A stretch of 64,000 nt of DNA from positions 1,024,001 through 1,088,000 of the forward strand of contig CAWFQK010000004.1 of the NCBI GenBank assembly GCA_963817955.1. Direction: 5' to 3'. This document shows positions 51,421-60,401 of the stretch, in pieces (the stretch's first letter is position 1; every line of letters begins with the position of its first letter). Origin of the DNA: an uncultured Gemmatimonadaceae bacterium. GTDB lineage: Bacteria; Gemmatimonadota; Gemmatimonadetes; Gemmatimonadales; Gemmatimonadaceae. Made by a program: the position numbers and the translations under genes. The notes below the pieces were generated by a model. The model saw only the letters and a list, made by a program, of their open reading frames with translations, was not told the origin of the DNA and searched no databases.

Positions 51421-51599
51421 GAGGCGCGGATTGGACTCCGCGTCGTTGACCGGCTGGATGTCGCTGGCTGCTCCGTAGCGGTCGGCCCACCGGTCGGCGA
51501 GTTTCGAGTTGCCAGTTGTGAGTTATGCGTGGTGCGTTCTTACAACTCACAACTCACGACTCACAACTCACAACTGGCCACCCGAACCTCGCCGACCGG
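51421..51599. repeat. Inverted pair of family arms with no cargo
   Basis: Full minus-strand arm (51421-51537) abutting a partial plus-strand arm (51542-51599) with ACTCAC(A/G) heptamers. Confidence 0.85.
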
Positions 51600-51643
51600 C
51601 GCAAGAAATCGCACCCGCTCGACAGCCTCGGCCGTGTCGCCGT

Positions 51644-52888
51644 TCAAACCGCCGCCCCCTCCCCCGCCGCGCGTCCGGTCGCCCAGGCCCAAGAGAAGTT
51701 GTATCCGCCCACCGGTCCAAACGCGTCGAGTACCTCGCCACAGATATAGAGCCCCGGATGCCGCCGACTCTCCATCGTGCGTGGATCCACTTCGGCCAGA
51801 CTGAGCCCGCCGCCGGTCACCTCCGCCTTGCGGTACCCCTCGTCGGCCGTCCAGGGTAGCGGACCGGCAACCAACATTTCAATGAGCCGCATGCGTTCGT
51901 CGCGGCGGAGCTCGGCGAGCACTCGCGCCGGATCGATGCGCGCCAACGTCAACAGCACGCCAACCAGACGATCCGGCAACACGGCGCGCAGAACACCCGC
52001 CACCGCGCGGTTTCCCTGCGGGCGTAACGCCTGCTCCCACTCGGCAGCACCACGCTCCGTCCATTGCACTGTCAAACGCGCCTGCGCGCCGGATTCCAAT
52101 CGTGAGCGCACCAGCACATGCGACACGTCGAGCACCGCCGGTCCGCTGTAGCCCTGATGCGTGAACAGAAAGCCGCCGGTGGCCGTGGCGCTGCGTCCCG
52201 CCGCCGCATCGCGCGCCGAGAGCGTGACGCGCAACGATACGCCGCTGAGCTCAGCGAACGGCGAGCCCGCGGCGGTGAGCGGCGTGAGCGCCGGATAGAC
52301 CGGATGCATCACATGGCCGAGCTTCGCCAACTCGCGTACTCCAAGGCCGTCGCTGCCGGTGTTGGGCACCGAGAGCCCGCCGGTCGCGACGATGAGCGCG
52401 TCGGCGTCCACCGGCGGTGCGTCGGCGCATTCGACGCGCCACCCGCCGTTGAACGGTGCAAATCCGGTGACGGTCGTGTTCATGCGTAGCGTCGCCCCGG
52501 CACGTCTGGCGTGCGAGAGCAGACCGTCGCGCACGTCGCGCGCCTTGTTCGACAACGGGAAGAGTTTCGCCGATTCCGGCTCCTCGGCGAGCGGCAGTCG
52601 CAGCTCGTTCTCGAAGAACGCGATCTGCTCTGCGAGTGGCCATGAGCGGAGAATCTTACGCAGCAACTTTGGCGACGAGTCGGTGACGTAGCGCGATTCA
52701 TCGACGTGCATTGGCAGCACGTTGCACCGCCCCCCACCGCTGATGAGAATCTTCCGTCCGCCGTCGTGGGTTCGCTCGAGGAGCGTCGTCTGGGCGCCGG
52801 CGGTGGCGGCAAAGATCGCGGCCATCGACCCGGCCGCGCCCGCGCCGAGAACGACGACGCGCCTGGGCGACTGCGGTGGAGGCGGCAT
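51644..52888 (-). CDS. HI0933/YhiN/BaiN family flavoprotein (RdsA-like)
   Basis: GAGAAG, GRKILISGGGRCN, ATGGLS.P.TGSDG, FTH.G.SGP and GPVGGYN motifs. Confidence 0.92.
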   Translation of the reverse strand: MPPPPQSPRRVVVLGAGAAGSMAAIFAATAGAQTTLLERTHDGGRKILISGGGRCNVLPMHVDESRYVTDSSPKLLRKILRSWPLAEQIAFFENELRLPLAEEPESAKLFPLSNKARDVRDGLLSHARRAGATLRMNTTVTGFAPFNGGWRVECADAPPVDADALIVATGGLSVPNTGSDGLGVRELAKLGHVMHPVYPALTPLTAAGSPFAELSGVSLRVTLSARDAAAGRSATATGGFLFTHQGYSGPAVLDVSHVLVRSRLESGAQARLTVQWTERGAAEWEQALRPQGNRAVAGVLRAVLPDRLVGVLLTLARIDPARVLAELRRDERMRLIEMLVAGPLPWTADEGYRKAEVTGGGLSLAEVDPRTMESRRHPGLYICGEVLDAFGPVGGYNFSWAWATGRAAGEGAAV

Positions 52889-52936
52889 TGCGATCAAAGC
52901 TAACGATCGCCGCGCGATGGCGTCATCTTCATTCGC

Positions 52937-53713
52937 ATGATCCAGAGTCCACGACCGGGTGTGCCCGGCGAACGCGGCACCGTGAGCGTGCCGCGCGCAC
53001 TCTCCAAGCTCGGCGTCTGCTCGAGAGCGCAGGGCGAACGACTTGTCGAGGCAGGCAAGGTTCGCGTGAACGGCACGATCGTCCGCGACGCATCACTCCG
53101 CGTGCGGCCGGAGCACGATGTCATCGAAGTGGACGGCGCGCCTGTGGGACGCGCCGAGCAGGTGTATCTGATGCTCAACAAGCCGCGCGGACTCGTGACG
53201 ACGGCGGACGACCCGCAGGGTCGCGCGACTATCTATGAATGCCTGAGCGGTGCAGCACTGCCATTCGTCTCGCCCGTGGGGCGACTCGACAAGGCCAGCG
53301 AGGGCTTGCTCTTGTTGACGAACGACACGCGTTGGGCGGCGCGGCTGATCGTGCCTGAGTCACACGTCGACAAGGTGTATCACGTGCAGGTGCGCGGCGC
53401 CGAGTTGGGCGCGGTCATGGAGCGCGTGGCGGCTGGTATCGTGGAGCGGACTACCGGCGAACTGTTGGAGGTGAAGGAGATCACGCTGCGGCGCACGGGA
53501 TCGCGGAGCGGTGCGTGGTTCGAAGTCACGCTCGACGAGGGCAAGAACAGGCAACTGCGCCGGATCTTCGCCGAGGCAGGCGTCGAAGTGCTGCGGCTCG
53601 TGCGCGTCGCCATCGGGCCGCTGGCGCTCGGCGATCTTGCGAAGGGAGCGTGGCGGACGCTCCAGCCCGAAGAGGTTCGAGCTTTGACGGAGCGGCGCTC
53701 GATGATCCGATGA
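52937..53713 (+). CDS. RsuA/RluB family rRNA pseudouridine synthase with S4 domain
   Basis: LNKPRG, VGRLDKASEGLLLLTND and EGKNRQLRR motifs. Confidence 0.93.
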   Translation: MIQSPRPGVPGERGTVSVPRALSKLGVCSRAQGERLVEAGKVRVNGTIVRDASLRVRPEHDVIEVDGAPVGRAEQVYLMLNKPRGLVTTADDPQGRATIYECLSGAALPFVSPVGRLDKASEGLLLLTNDTRWAARLIVPESHVDKVYHVQVRGAELGAVMERVAAGIVERTTGELLEVKEITLRRTGSRSGAWFEVTLDEGKNRQLRRIFAEAGVEVLRLVRVAIGPLALGDLAKGAWRTLQPEEVRALTERRSMIR

Positions 53714-53836
53714 TAGTGTTGTCAACACCGGAAAGACACGGGACCTGCGCGCAATCGGTTGATGATGACCCGTTCGCTTGGCGGCGCTACGCTCGGCTAT
53801 GCTCGCTTGCTCACTCGGCGCCGAGGACGGTATCAT

Positions 53837-54400
53837 ATGCTCATGGCAACGCTCAAGCGACCGTGGATCGTCGACGATCTCCAGGGTCTACCGGACGACG
53901 GGAATCGGTACGAGGTCATCGACGGAGAACTGTTCGTGACGCCGGCACCTACCTGGAAGCACCAGGAGGCAGTCGTCCGGCTCCATCACCTCCTGGCTGA
54001 TTACCTCAGTACCCAGCGGGTGGGGCACGCGGTGATTGCGCCCGCGGACGTCGTGTTTTCGCCACAGCGCGGAGTGCAACCGGACGTCTTCGTGACGCCG
54101 CTCGTGAACGGGCGGAGACCCGAACGGTTCGAGGACGTAGGCCGGCTGCTCCTCGCCGTCGAAGTCGTATCGCCTTCGACGGCGCGCGCCGATCGTGTCG
54201 CAAAGCGCGTTTTGTATCGGAACCAGGGCGTGGCAGAATACTGGGTCGTCGATCTCGATTCCCGCACCGTGGAGCGCTCGACCCCAGCAGATCCACGCGT
54301 CGACGTGATGGTCGACACGTTAGCGTGGCTGCCGGAAGGCGCGGGCGCTCCCTTGTCGATCGATTTGACTCAGTACTTCACGCAAGTGCTCGACGGCTGA
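53837..54400 (+). CDS. Uma2 family endonuclease
   Basis: PDDGNRYEVIDGEL, QPD, AVEVVSPS, D...K..Y and GVAEYWVVD motifs. Confidence 0.92.
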   Translation: MLMATLKRPWIVDDLQGLPDDGNRYEVIDGELFVTPAPTWKHQEAVVRLHHLLADYLSTQRVGHAVIAPADVVFSPQRGVQPDVFVTPLVNGRRPERFEDVGRLLLAVEVVSPSTARADRVAKRVLYRNQGVAEYWVVDLDSRTVERSTPADPRVDVMVDTLAWLPEGAGAPLSIDLTQYFTQVLDG

Positions 54401-54455
54401 CGGGGGAGTCAGACCCGTTACCGCTTGGCACCCGCGTGATCGTTGCGCCGCCCCC

Positions 54456-54773
54456 CTACGCCCCTGTCTCGATCTTGTAGATCTCCCGCCTTCCGTGATC
54501 GACGAGATCATGATAGCCCTTCATGATCTTTTCCATTTCCTTCACGCCCGCCGAGGCGTCCGGGGCGTTGAACATCATGCTCTCGAAGGCTTGGAGACTC
54601 GGAACCTCCATCTCCGTCACCACCGTCCAGTACTGATCGGCACACACGTCGGTCATCACGCGCATCTTCGGCATGCCCATCTTGTCGCTCAACGCAGACA
54701 TGGTGAGGAACTTCTGCACGAGCGGACGCACCTGGCCGGGTTTGCAGAACATGGTTTCGCGAATGAGGTACAT
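54456..54773 (-). CDS. Hypothetical protein (NIPSNAP-like ferredoxin fold)
   Basis: CAGGAG RBS, MYLIRETMFCKPG...GRREIY. Confidence 0.7.
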   Translation of the reverse strand: MYLIRETMFCKPGQVRPLVQKFLTMSALSDKMGMPKMRVMTDVCADQYWTVVTEMEVPSLQAFESMMFNAPDASAGVKEMEKIMKGYHDLVDHGRREIYKIETGA

Positions 54774-54861
54774 GCGGATCTCCTGTAGCGCGAAGTAGGA
54801 ATGCGACGATGCAGCAGGATTCCGTATTGTAACGCGACCGGTTCCCGGCGGCGCAGCCGCC

Positions 54862-55968
54862 TCAGCGTTTGGCTGCCGACGCTCGGTCGAGCAGCCAACC
54901 CTGCCAATCGGCCTCAGCCTGCGCGAGCGTCATGGACATGTGTTTCTTGAACACGTCATCCAGCGGCTGCCCGTGAATCTGGGCATCCGCAACTGCTCCG
55001 ATCAGGGCATGACCACCGCGCACAACCAGATAGCGGCCAACGAGCGCCGCTTCCGCCGCATACAGGCCGGCACCCTGCAGCTGCGGGCTCTCGCCGCCCG
55101 AGCGTCCCGCCCCGGGCGACCGACCGCCGCCGCGCCGTCCGCCGCCGCGGCCACCCATCCCACCCATCCCACCCATTCCACCCATTCCGCCCATGCCGCC
55201 ACGCCCGCCAATGCCGCCCCGCCCGCCCGCACCACCACCAACCCCCGTCCCGCCGCGACCTTCTCCCCCGCGGCCGGCGGCTACGGACTGCGGTGCTTCC
55301 GGCCGTGGCATGGTGAAGAACGCCGATAACGAATAGAGGGCGTCGGGATGCGACGCGAGCATGGCAGCCATCCGGTCGGCTGAAGAATCGGTGGCGAGTG
55401 ACGCAATGGTCGCCTCAACCCATCCCGGCACTCGCGGGTCGTCCGTCTCGCCATTCGCTTGGGTGGACGACGCGGGCTTCTGCGTCAACGTGCTCGCGTG
55501 TGCGGAAAGCCAGGCGCGAAGCACCGGCAGGGTGGATGTCCCGCGCGGGCCGCTCCGTCCAGCCGACTCGTCGCGGCGGGCGTTCGGGTCGACGAGTGCA
55601 ACCTCCACCACGGGCACATTCGTCGTTGGCGGTACCGGCGCGGCCAGCACGTATGGACCACCGTCGGCTGCCACCCGTCGCACGGTCACGACGACGTGGC
55701 CCGAGCTGTCTCCCGGGAACACGCGATGGAACAACGTGGCCTCGCGATTCAGCCGCGGTTGCACCATGGCGATATCGCCCTTCGAACGGCCGACCAATTC
55801 GTAGCCTGGGCCGTGTGTCACGTACGTCGTTTCGCCGCGCACCACTCGCACGTCGGCCTGCACCGCGGCAAGCGCCGCGGGATCGTCTTCAACCGTACGC
55901 ACATGGTGCGATGAGCAGGCCGCCGCGAGGAATGCCGCGCTGGCGACGGGGAGAATTCGTGTGTGCAT
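54862..55968 (-). CDS. Hypothetical lipoprotein with GGM/GGR low-complexity insert
   Basis: Lipobox LAAAC and a (GGM)5 tract at ~55150-55200. Confidence 0.7.
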   Translation of the reverse strand: MHTRILPVASAAFLAAACSSHHVRTVEDDPAALAAVQADVRVVRGETTYVTHGPGYELVGRSKGDIAMVQPRLNREATLFHRVFPGDSSGHVVVTVRRVAADGGPYVLAAPVPPTTNVPVVEVALVDPNARRDESAGRSGPRGTSTLPVLRAWLSAHASTLTQKPASSTQANGETDDPRVPGWVEATIASLATDSSADRMAAMLASHPDALYSLSAFFTMPRPEAPQSVAAGRGGEGRGGTGVGGGAGGRGGIGGRGGMGGMGGMGGMGGMGGRGGGRRGGGRSPGAGRSGGESPQLQGAGLYAAEAALVGRYLVVRGGHALIGAVADAQIHGQPLDDVFKKHMSMTLAQAEADWQGWLLDRASAAKR

Positions 55969-56075
55969 CAAGGGGAATCCCGAATGTGACTGGAAAGGAC
56001 ACAGTACGGACACGCGAACGACGGGTTCCCCTCTCGACCAATCCCGGCCTATCGCCGGCCGGCCATTGGCCATCG

Positions 56076-57272
56076 TCACTGCGCCATCAAGCGCGCCAGC
56101 GCATCGACGACGCCGTCGATCTGCTCGTTCGTATGGTGCGCGTTCATGATGAAGCGCAGCCGGCTCTGCCCCGCGGCGATGGCGGGAAACATGATCGGAT
56201 CCACATGAAATCCGGCGTCGCGCAGGCCGGTGGCAATGCGGACGCAGTCGGCATCGTCACCGACGTGCACCGGAACGATTGGGGTGGACGCCGACGTCGG
56301 CGCGAGACCGCGCGTGGCCATGCGCGAGACGAAGTACCGCTGATTCTCCCACAATTGCCGCCGGCGCTGCGGCTCGTCCGTCACCATGTCGATCGCCTCG
56401 AGCACGGCCGCTGCCTGGTCAGGCGGCAACGTGGAGGTGAAGCCGAACGCCGAGCAGCCGATCCTCAGGATCTGCGTGATGTGCGTCTCGGTTGCGACGA
56501 AGCCGCCGATGCACCCGTACGCCTTGCTCAACGTTCCCATGTGGATGATGCGCGGACTCTCGATGCCAAAATGCTCCGTGGTTCCGGCGCCGGTGGCTCC
56601 GAGCACCCCAGTGCCATGCGCGTCGTCGATGTACACCACGGCGTCGTGCCGGTCGGCCAGCGCGATCATGTCAGGCAGCGGCACGATGTCGCCGTGCTGG
56701 CTGAACACGCCGTCGGTCACGATGATCTTGATCTGCGCTTGCGATGCACCGAGCTTGCGATCGAGGTCGTTCATGTCGACGTGCTTGTACGCGAACGACG
56801 GCGCACCCGACACCCGGATGCCCTCGCGAATGCTCAGGTGATTGTACTCGTCGGTGAAGAACGCGTGCTTCCAGTTGACACTCGGCGCGTAGCCGAACGC
56901 GCGCGCCAGGTTCGACGATTTTACCAGCGTCGGCAGCACGCTGAGGTTCGTGAGGTATCCCGTGGCGAAGAGCAATGCCGCGGGCTTGCGCTTGATCTCG
57001 GCGAGGCGCGCCTCCAGCCGGTCGTACAACTCGAGATTGCCGCCGAGCAGACGCGACTCGCAATTCCCGACGCCGTACCGGTCGAGCGCTTCGCGCGCCC
57101 GTGCTTTCATGCGCGCGCTGGTGGCCAACGCGAGATAGTTGTTGGTGCTGAACGATACCAACTCGCGGCCATTGGCCATGAACGTTGGATCGGGAAGCGT
57201 GTCCGGCGTGATATCGTCGCGAGGCGTGCCGCGCGACGCCATCCAGGCGCCGATTTCTTTCAGATCATGCAT
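56076..57272 (-). CDS. PLP-dependent alpha-oxoamine synthase (BioF/SPT/Kbl family)
   Basis: NNYLAL, SRLLGG, FATGY.TN, NH.SI, DGVFSQHGD, DDAHG and GTLSKA motifs. Confidence 0.9.
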   Translation of the reverse strand: MHDLKEIGAWMASRGTPRDDITPDTLPDPTFMANGRELVSFSTNNYLALATSARMKARAREALDRYGVGNCESRLLGGNLELYDRLEARLAEIKRKPAALLFATGYLTNLSVLPTLVKSSNLARAFGYAPSVNWKHAFFTDEYNHLSIREGIRVSGAPSFAYKHVDMNDLDRKLGASQAQIKIIVTDGVFSQHGDIVPLPDMIALADRHDAVVYIDDAHGTGVLGATGAGTTEHFGIESPRIIHMGTLSKAYGCIGGFVATETHITQILRIGCSAFGFTSTLPPDQAAAVLEAIDMVTDEPQRRRQLWENQRYFVSRMATRGLAPTSASTPIVPVHVGDDADCVRIATGLRDAGFHVDPIMFPAIAAGQSRLRFIMNAHHTNEQIDGVVDALARLMAQ

Positions 57273-57286
57273 GTGGGGCTGTGTTT

Positions 57287-58516
57287 CTACTGTTGGTAGC
57301 GGCGTGCGACGAGTACCGCATTCATGCCGCCAAACCCAAAGGAATTGGACATCACGGCCTCGAGCAATGCAGGGCGAGCTTCGTTCGGGACGTAATCGAG
57401 ATCGCAGGCTGGATCCGGACACTCGAGGTGCGCGGTTGGCGGGATCACGCCCTGCTCCATCGCCATGATTGCCGTCACCATCTCCACGGCGCCGGTAGCG
57501 CCCATGAGATGGCCGTGCAGTGCCTTGGTCGACGACACCGGCAGACGCGCGGCGTCCGCCCCGAACACCTGCTTGATCGCGCTCGTCTCGACAACGTCGC
57601 CAATTGCCGTGGCCGTACCGTGCGCGTTCAGATAGCCAATGTCGCACGGTGCGAGTTGCGCGTCGGCCAGTGCTGCGCGCATGGCGCGCACCTGCCCTGC
57701 GGCATCCGGCTTGGAGATGTGATTCGCGTCCGCGGAGTTGCCATATCCCGCAAGCTCGGCATAGACGCGTGCGCCGCGGCGCTTCGCATGGTCGGCACTC
57801 TCGAGGATGAGCGCTGCGGCGCCCTCGCCAAGCACGATGCCCGTGCGATTGGCCGAGTAGGGTTTGCAGCTCCGAGCGGGATCGTTCGCGTCGGCGTGCG
57901 CCAACGCCTGCATCGCATCCCACGCACGCAGATTGCCGTGAGTCACGAGCGCTTCGGACCCGCCGGCAACGATGACGTCGGCATAGCCGGCCTTGATCGC
58001 ACGGTACGCTTCGCCAATGCTCGTGGCCGATGACGAACAGGCCGTCGACACATTGAGCAGTGGACCGCGCAACCCGTTCGCGATGGAGATGTTTCCGGCC
58101 GCGGCGTTGTTCATGCCGAGCACGACGGACGTGGGACGGACGCGACCGTTTCCCGCGTAGAGCAGCCGATAGGATTCTTCTATTGAGCTCGCGCCCCCCA
58201 GGCCCGTGCCCCAGTAGGTTCCGGCACGCAGCGACTCTTCTTCGCTCAACGTGAGGGACGCATTGGCCATTGCCTGCCTGGCAGCGACGAGCGCGAACTG
58301 CACGGCGCGGTCGAACTGCGCCGCCTGGTGCGCCGGCCAATGTGCCGTGGCGTCAAAATCCACGAGACCGGCCACGAGGCAGGCTGGTCCGGAATAGATC
58401 GTGTCCGGCACGCGCCGGATACCCGAACGCCCGCTCGCCAAGCCGTCAAAGAATTCCGAGAGGGACTGTCCGACGGACGCGACGACGCCCATGCCGGTGA
58501 CGACGACACGCGACAT
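57287..58516 (-). CDS. fabF: Beta-ketoacyl-ACP synthase II-like
   Basis: VVVTGMG, TACSSS (catalytic Cys), NAHGTAT, STK..HGH and SNSFGFGG motifs. Confidence 0.9.
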   Translation of the reverse strand: MSRVVVTGMGVVASVGQSLSEFFDGLASGRSGIRRVPDTIYSGPACLVAGLVDFDATAHWPAHQAAQFDRAVQFALVAARQAMANASLTLSEEESLRAGTYWGTGLGGASSIEESYRLLYAGNGRVRPTSVVLGMNNAAAGNISIANGLRGPLLNVSTACSSSATSIGEAYRAIKAGYADVIVAGGSEALVTHGNLRAWDAMQALAHADANDPARSCKPYSANRTGIVLGEGAAALILESADHAKRRGARVYAELAGYGNSADANHISKPDAAGQVRAMRAALADAQLAPCDIGYLNAHGTATAIGDVVETSAIKQVFGADAARLPVSSTKALHGHLMGATGAVEMVTAIMAMEQGVIPPTAHLECPDPACDLDYVPNEARPALLEAVMSNSFGFGGMNAVLVARRYQQ

Positions 58517-58526
58517 GGTTTGCGCC

Positions 58527-58832
58527 CTAGGTCGGGGTCGGGGTCGAGTCCGGAGCCGGTGTCGAGTCCGGAGCCGGGGTCGAGTCCGGACTCGCGGCCT
58601 TGGCGGCAATCAACCCGTCGATCGCCGTCGCGAGATCACGGAGTGTGCGGACGCCAGCCACCGATTCCTGCGGAATTGAAAAGCCGAACTTGTCCTCGAG
58701 CTCAAATAAGAACTCGAGGAATCCCAGCGAATCGATACCGAGCTGGTCCACCGGCGCGTTTTCGTCGATGGCGTCGACCTCGCCGCCGAACTGCTTCGCG
58801 GCAAGTTCCTTGATAGCTAAGAGCGTATCCAT
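58527..58832 (-). CDS. Acyl carrier protein with (PDSTPA)3 tail
   Basis: LGIDSL phosphopantetheine site, LEDKF.FSI, and an 18-bp tandem repeat at ~58540-58594. Confidence 0.88.
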   Translation of the reverse strand: MDTLLAIKELAAKQFGGEVDAIDENAPVDQLGIDSLGFLEFLFELEDKFGFSIPQESVAGVRTLRDLATAIDGLIAAKAASPDSTPAPDSTPAPDSTPTPT

Positions 58833-58922
58833 TATGAGTGGCTTGGGTGAGCGTCCGGCGCTCCATAATATCATACACTTCAATCCGCCTGACGGACGCG
58901 CGAGTCGTACTAACTTCCCTTT

Positions 58923-59387
58923 ATGCTACACCACATTAGCGCATCAGGGCGACCCTTTCTCTATCTCGCCGCGCTACTCGTGATCGCCGGGACCCGCGTT
59001 GCGTCAGCGCAGGCGTCGCCAGCGGGGTTCTGGAACACGATCAGCGACACCGATGGTAGGCCGACGGCGGTGGTCGAGATCGGTGAGGTGAACGGCGAGT
59101 TCGTCGGCGTGGTGCGCGGGTTGCTCGTGCCCGCCACGCCCGAAGACAGCGTCTGCGACAAGTGCACGGGCGACCGCAAGGGAAAGCGCATTGTGGGGAT
59201 GGAGATTCTGAGTCACATGCGGCCGGAAGGCGACGAATGGGGCGGTGGCGAGATTCTCGATCCGGAGACCGGCAAGACGTACCGCGCCAGGATGAAGCTT
59301 GCCGACGGCGGTTCTCGGCTCATCGTACGGGGGTACATCGGGTTCTCGCTGTTCGGCCGGTCGCAGACGTGGGTCAGACGGCCGTAG
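58923..59387 (+). CDS. DUF2147 family secreted protein
   Basis: G.W.T..D, CDKC.GD.K, W.GG.ILDP..GK.Y and RGYIG.SLFGRSQTW motifs. Confidence 0.9.
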   Translation: MLHHISASGRPFLYLAALLVIAGTRVASAQASPAGFWNTISDTDGRPTAVVEIGEVNGEFVGVVRGLLVPATPEDSVCDKCTGDRKGKRIVGMEILSHMRPEGDEWGGGEILDPETGKTYRARMKLADGGSRLIVRGYIGFSLFGRSQTWVRRP

Positions 59388-59486
59388 TCGTGCGATCAGT
59401 ACAGCAATCGCGCCGGGCGATTGCGACGGGGCCCCTGGCGACGGGGTCCCTGGCGTGCAGGCCACTCTCGGCGGGGGGTGCAGCGA

Positions 59487-59630
59487 GGATTGGGCTCCGG
59501 GCCGTGGACCGGTCGGATGCCGCTGGCTGCTCCGTAGCGGTCGGCCCGCCAGTCGGCGAGGTTCGAGTGTCCAGTTGTGAGTTGTGCGTTGCGAGTGTCC
59601 CGTGTCCCGTGTCCCCCGCCCGTGTCCCGT
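59487..59630 (-). repeat. Left arm of repeat family, inverted relative to 60206-60341
   Basis: Reverse complement reads GACACGG array, ACTCACA array, CTCGAACCTCGCCG, GCTACGGAGCAGCCAGCG, GGAG(C/T)CCAATCC. Confidence 0.88.
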
Positions 59631-59700
59631 CGCGCAGGTCAACCTGCGCGCGCTGACTCCATTCTCAGCTCTGCGCATCCAAACCAAGGGCACAGAACCA

Positions 59701-60177
59701 ATGCCACCGACCAACCTGCCCAACGCCGGCGTGAAGTTCCCGCCGCCGCTCGTTTACCTGCTCGGGCTGGCCGCGGCGCTGCTCATCAATCGCGCGGCGC
59801 CACTCGATCTCGCGGCGCCGGAACCACGATGGATGTTCCGGCTGGGGGGTTTCCTGGTCGTCGGCGGCCTGCTATTCGCCGCATCGGGGATCGTCACGTT
59901 TCGCCGGCATCATACGGCGATCATCCCCGTCCATCCGGCCACGACCATCGTGACCACGGGGCCATACGCCGTCACCCGCAATCCGATGTATATCGGATTG
60001 ATCATTTGTTATGTTGGCGGCGGTTTTCTGCTCGACACATGGTGGGCCTTCCTCCTGCTGCCAGTCGTGGTGCTGATCATTGCCCGGCAAGTCATCGCGC
60101 GCGAAGAGCGGTACCTGGCGAGCGCATTTGGCGCCGAGTACGACGCGTACCGCGCCCGTGTGCGACGCTGGATCTAA
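59701..60177 (+). CDS. Isoprenylcysteine carboxylmethyltransferase/PEMT family membrane protein
   Basis: PPP.VY, GPY..TRNPMY.G and REE.YL...FG.EY..Y...VRRW motifs. Confidence 0.92.
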   Translation: MPPTNLPNAGVKFPPPLVYLLGLAAALLINRAAPLDLAAPEPRWMFRLGGFLVVGGLLFAASGIVTFRRHHTAIIPVHPATTIVTTGPYAVTRNPMYIGLIICYVGGGFLLDTWWAFLLLPVVVLIIARQVIAREERYLASAFGAEYDAYRARVRRWI

Positions 60178-60205
60178 TGATCTGCGCGAGGGTTTGGTGA
60201 GGTGT

Positions 60206-60341
60206 GGGACACGGGACACGAGACACGGGACACGGGACACGAGACACTCACGACTCACAACTGAAAACTCGAACCTCGCCGCCCGCTACGGAGCAGCCAG
60301 CGACATCCAGCCGGCCAAAACACGGAGTCCAATCCCCGCCT
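60206..60341 (+). repeat. Right arm of repeat family
   Basis: GACACG(G/A) x5, ACTCAC(A/G), CTCGAACCTCGCCG, GCTACGGAGCAGCCAGCGACATCCAGCCGG, GGAGTCCAATCC. Confidence 0.88.
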
Positions 60342-60401
60342 GAACCAAACCTTCCACCTGCGGCCGCTGTCCCATAACCAGACCTCCCCAGCGACCACGA
60401 C

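Noticed and set aside
54401..54416. GGGAGTCAGACCC REP-like motif after the Uma2 gene
   Set aside because: Single short imperfect copy with no partner in the window.
57273..58340. 754-aa fused ORF containing the oxoamine synthase
   Set aside because: The upstream part is an alternative frame of fabF with Arg-rich junk composition. The real start is at 57272.
59423..59455. 15-bp tandem duplication GCGACGGGG(C/T)CCCTG
   Set aside because: Only two copies, most likely a local slippage event.
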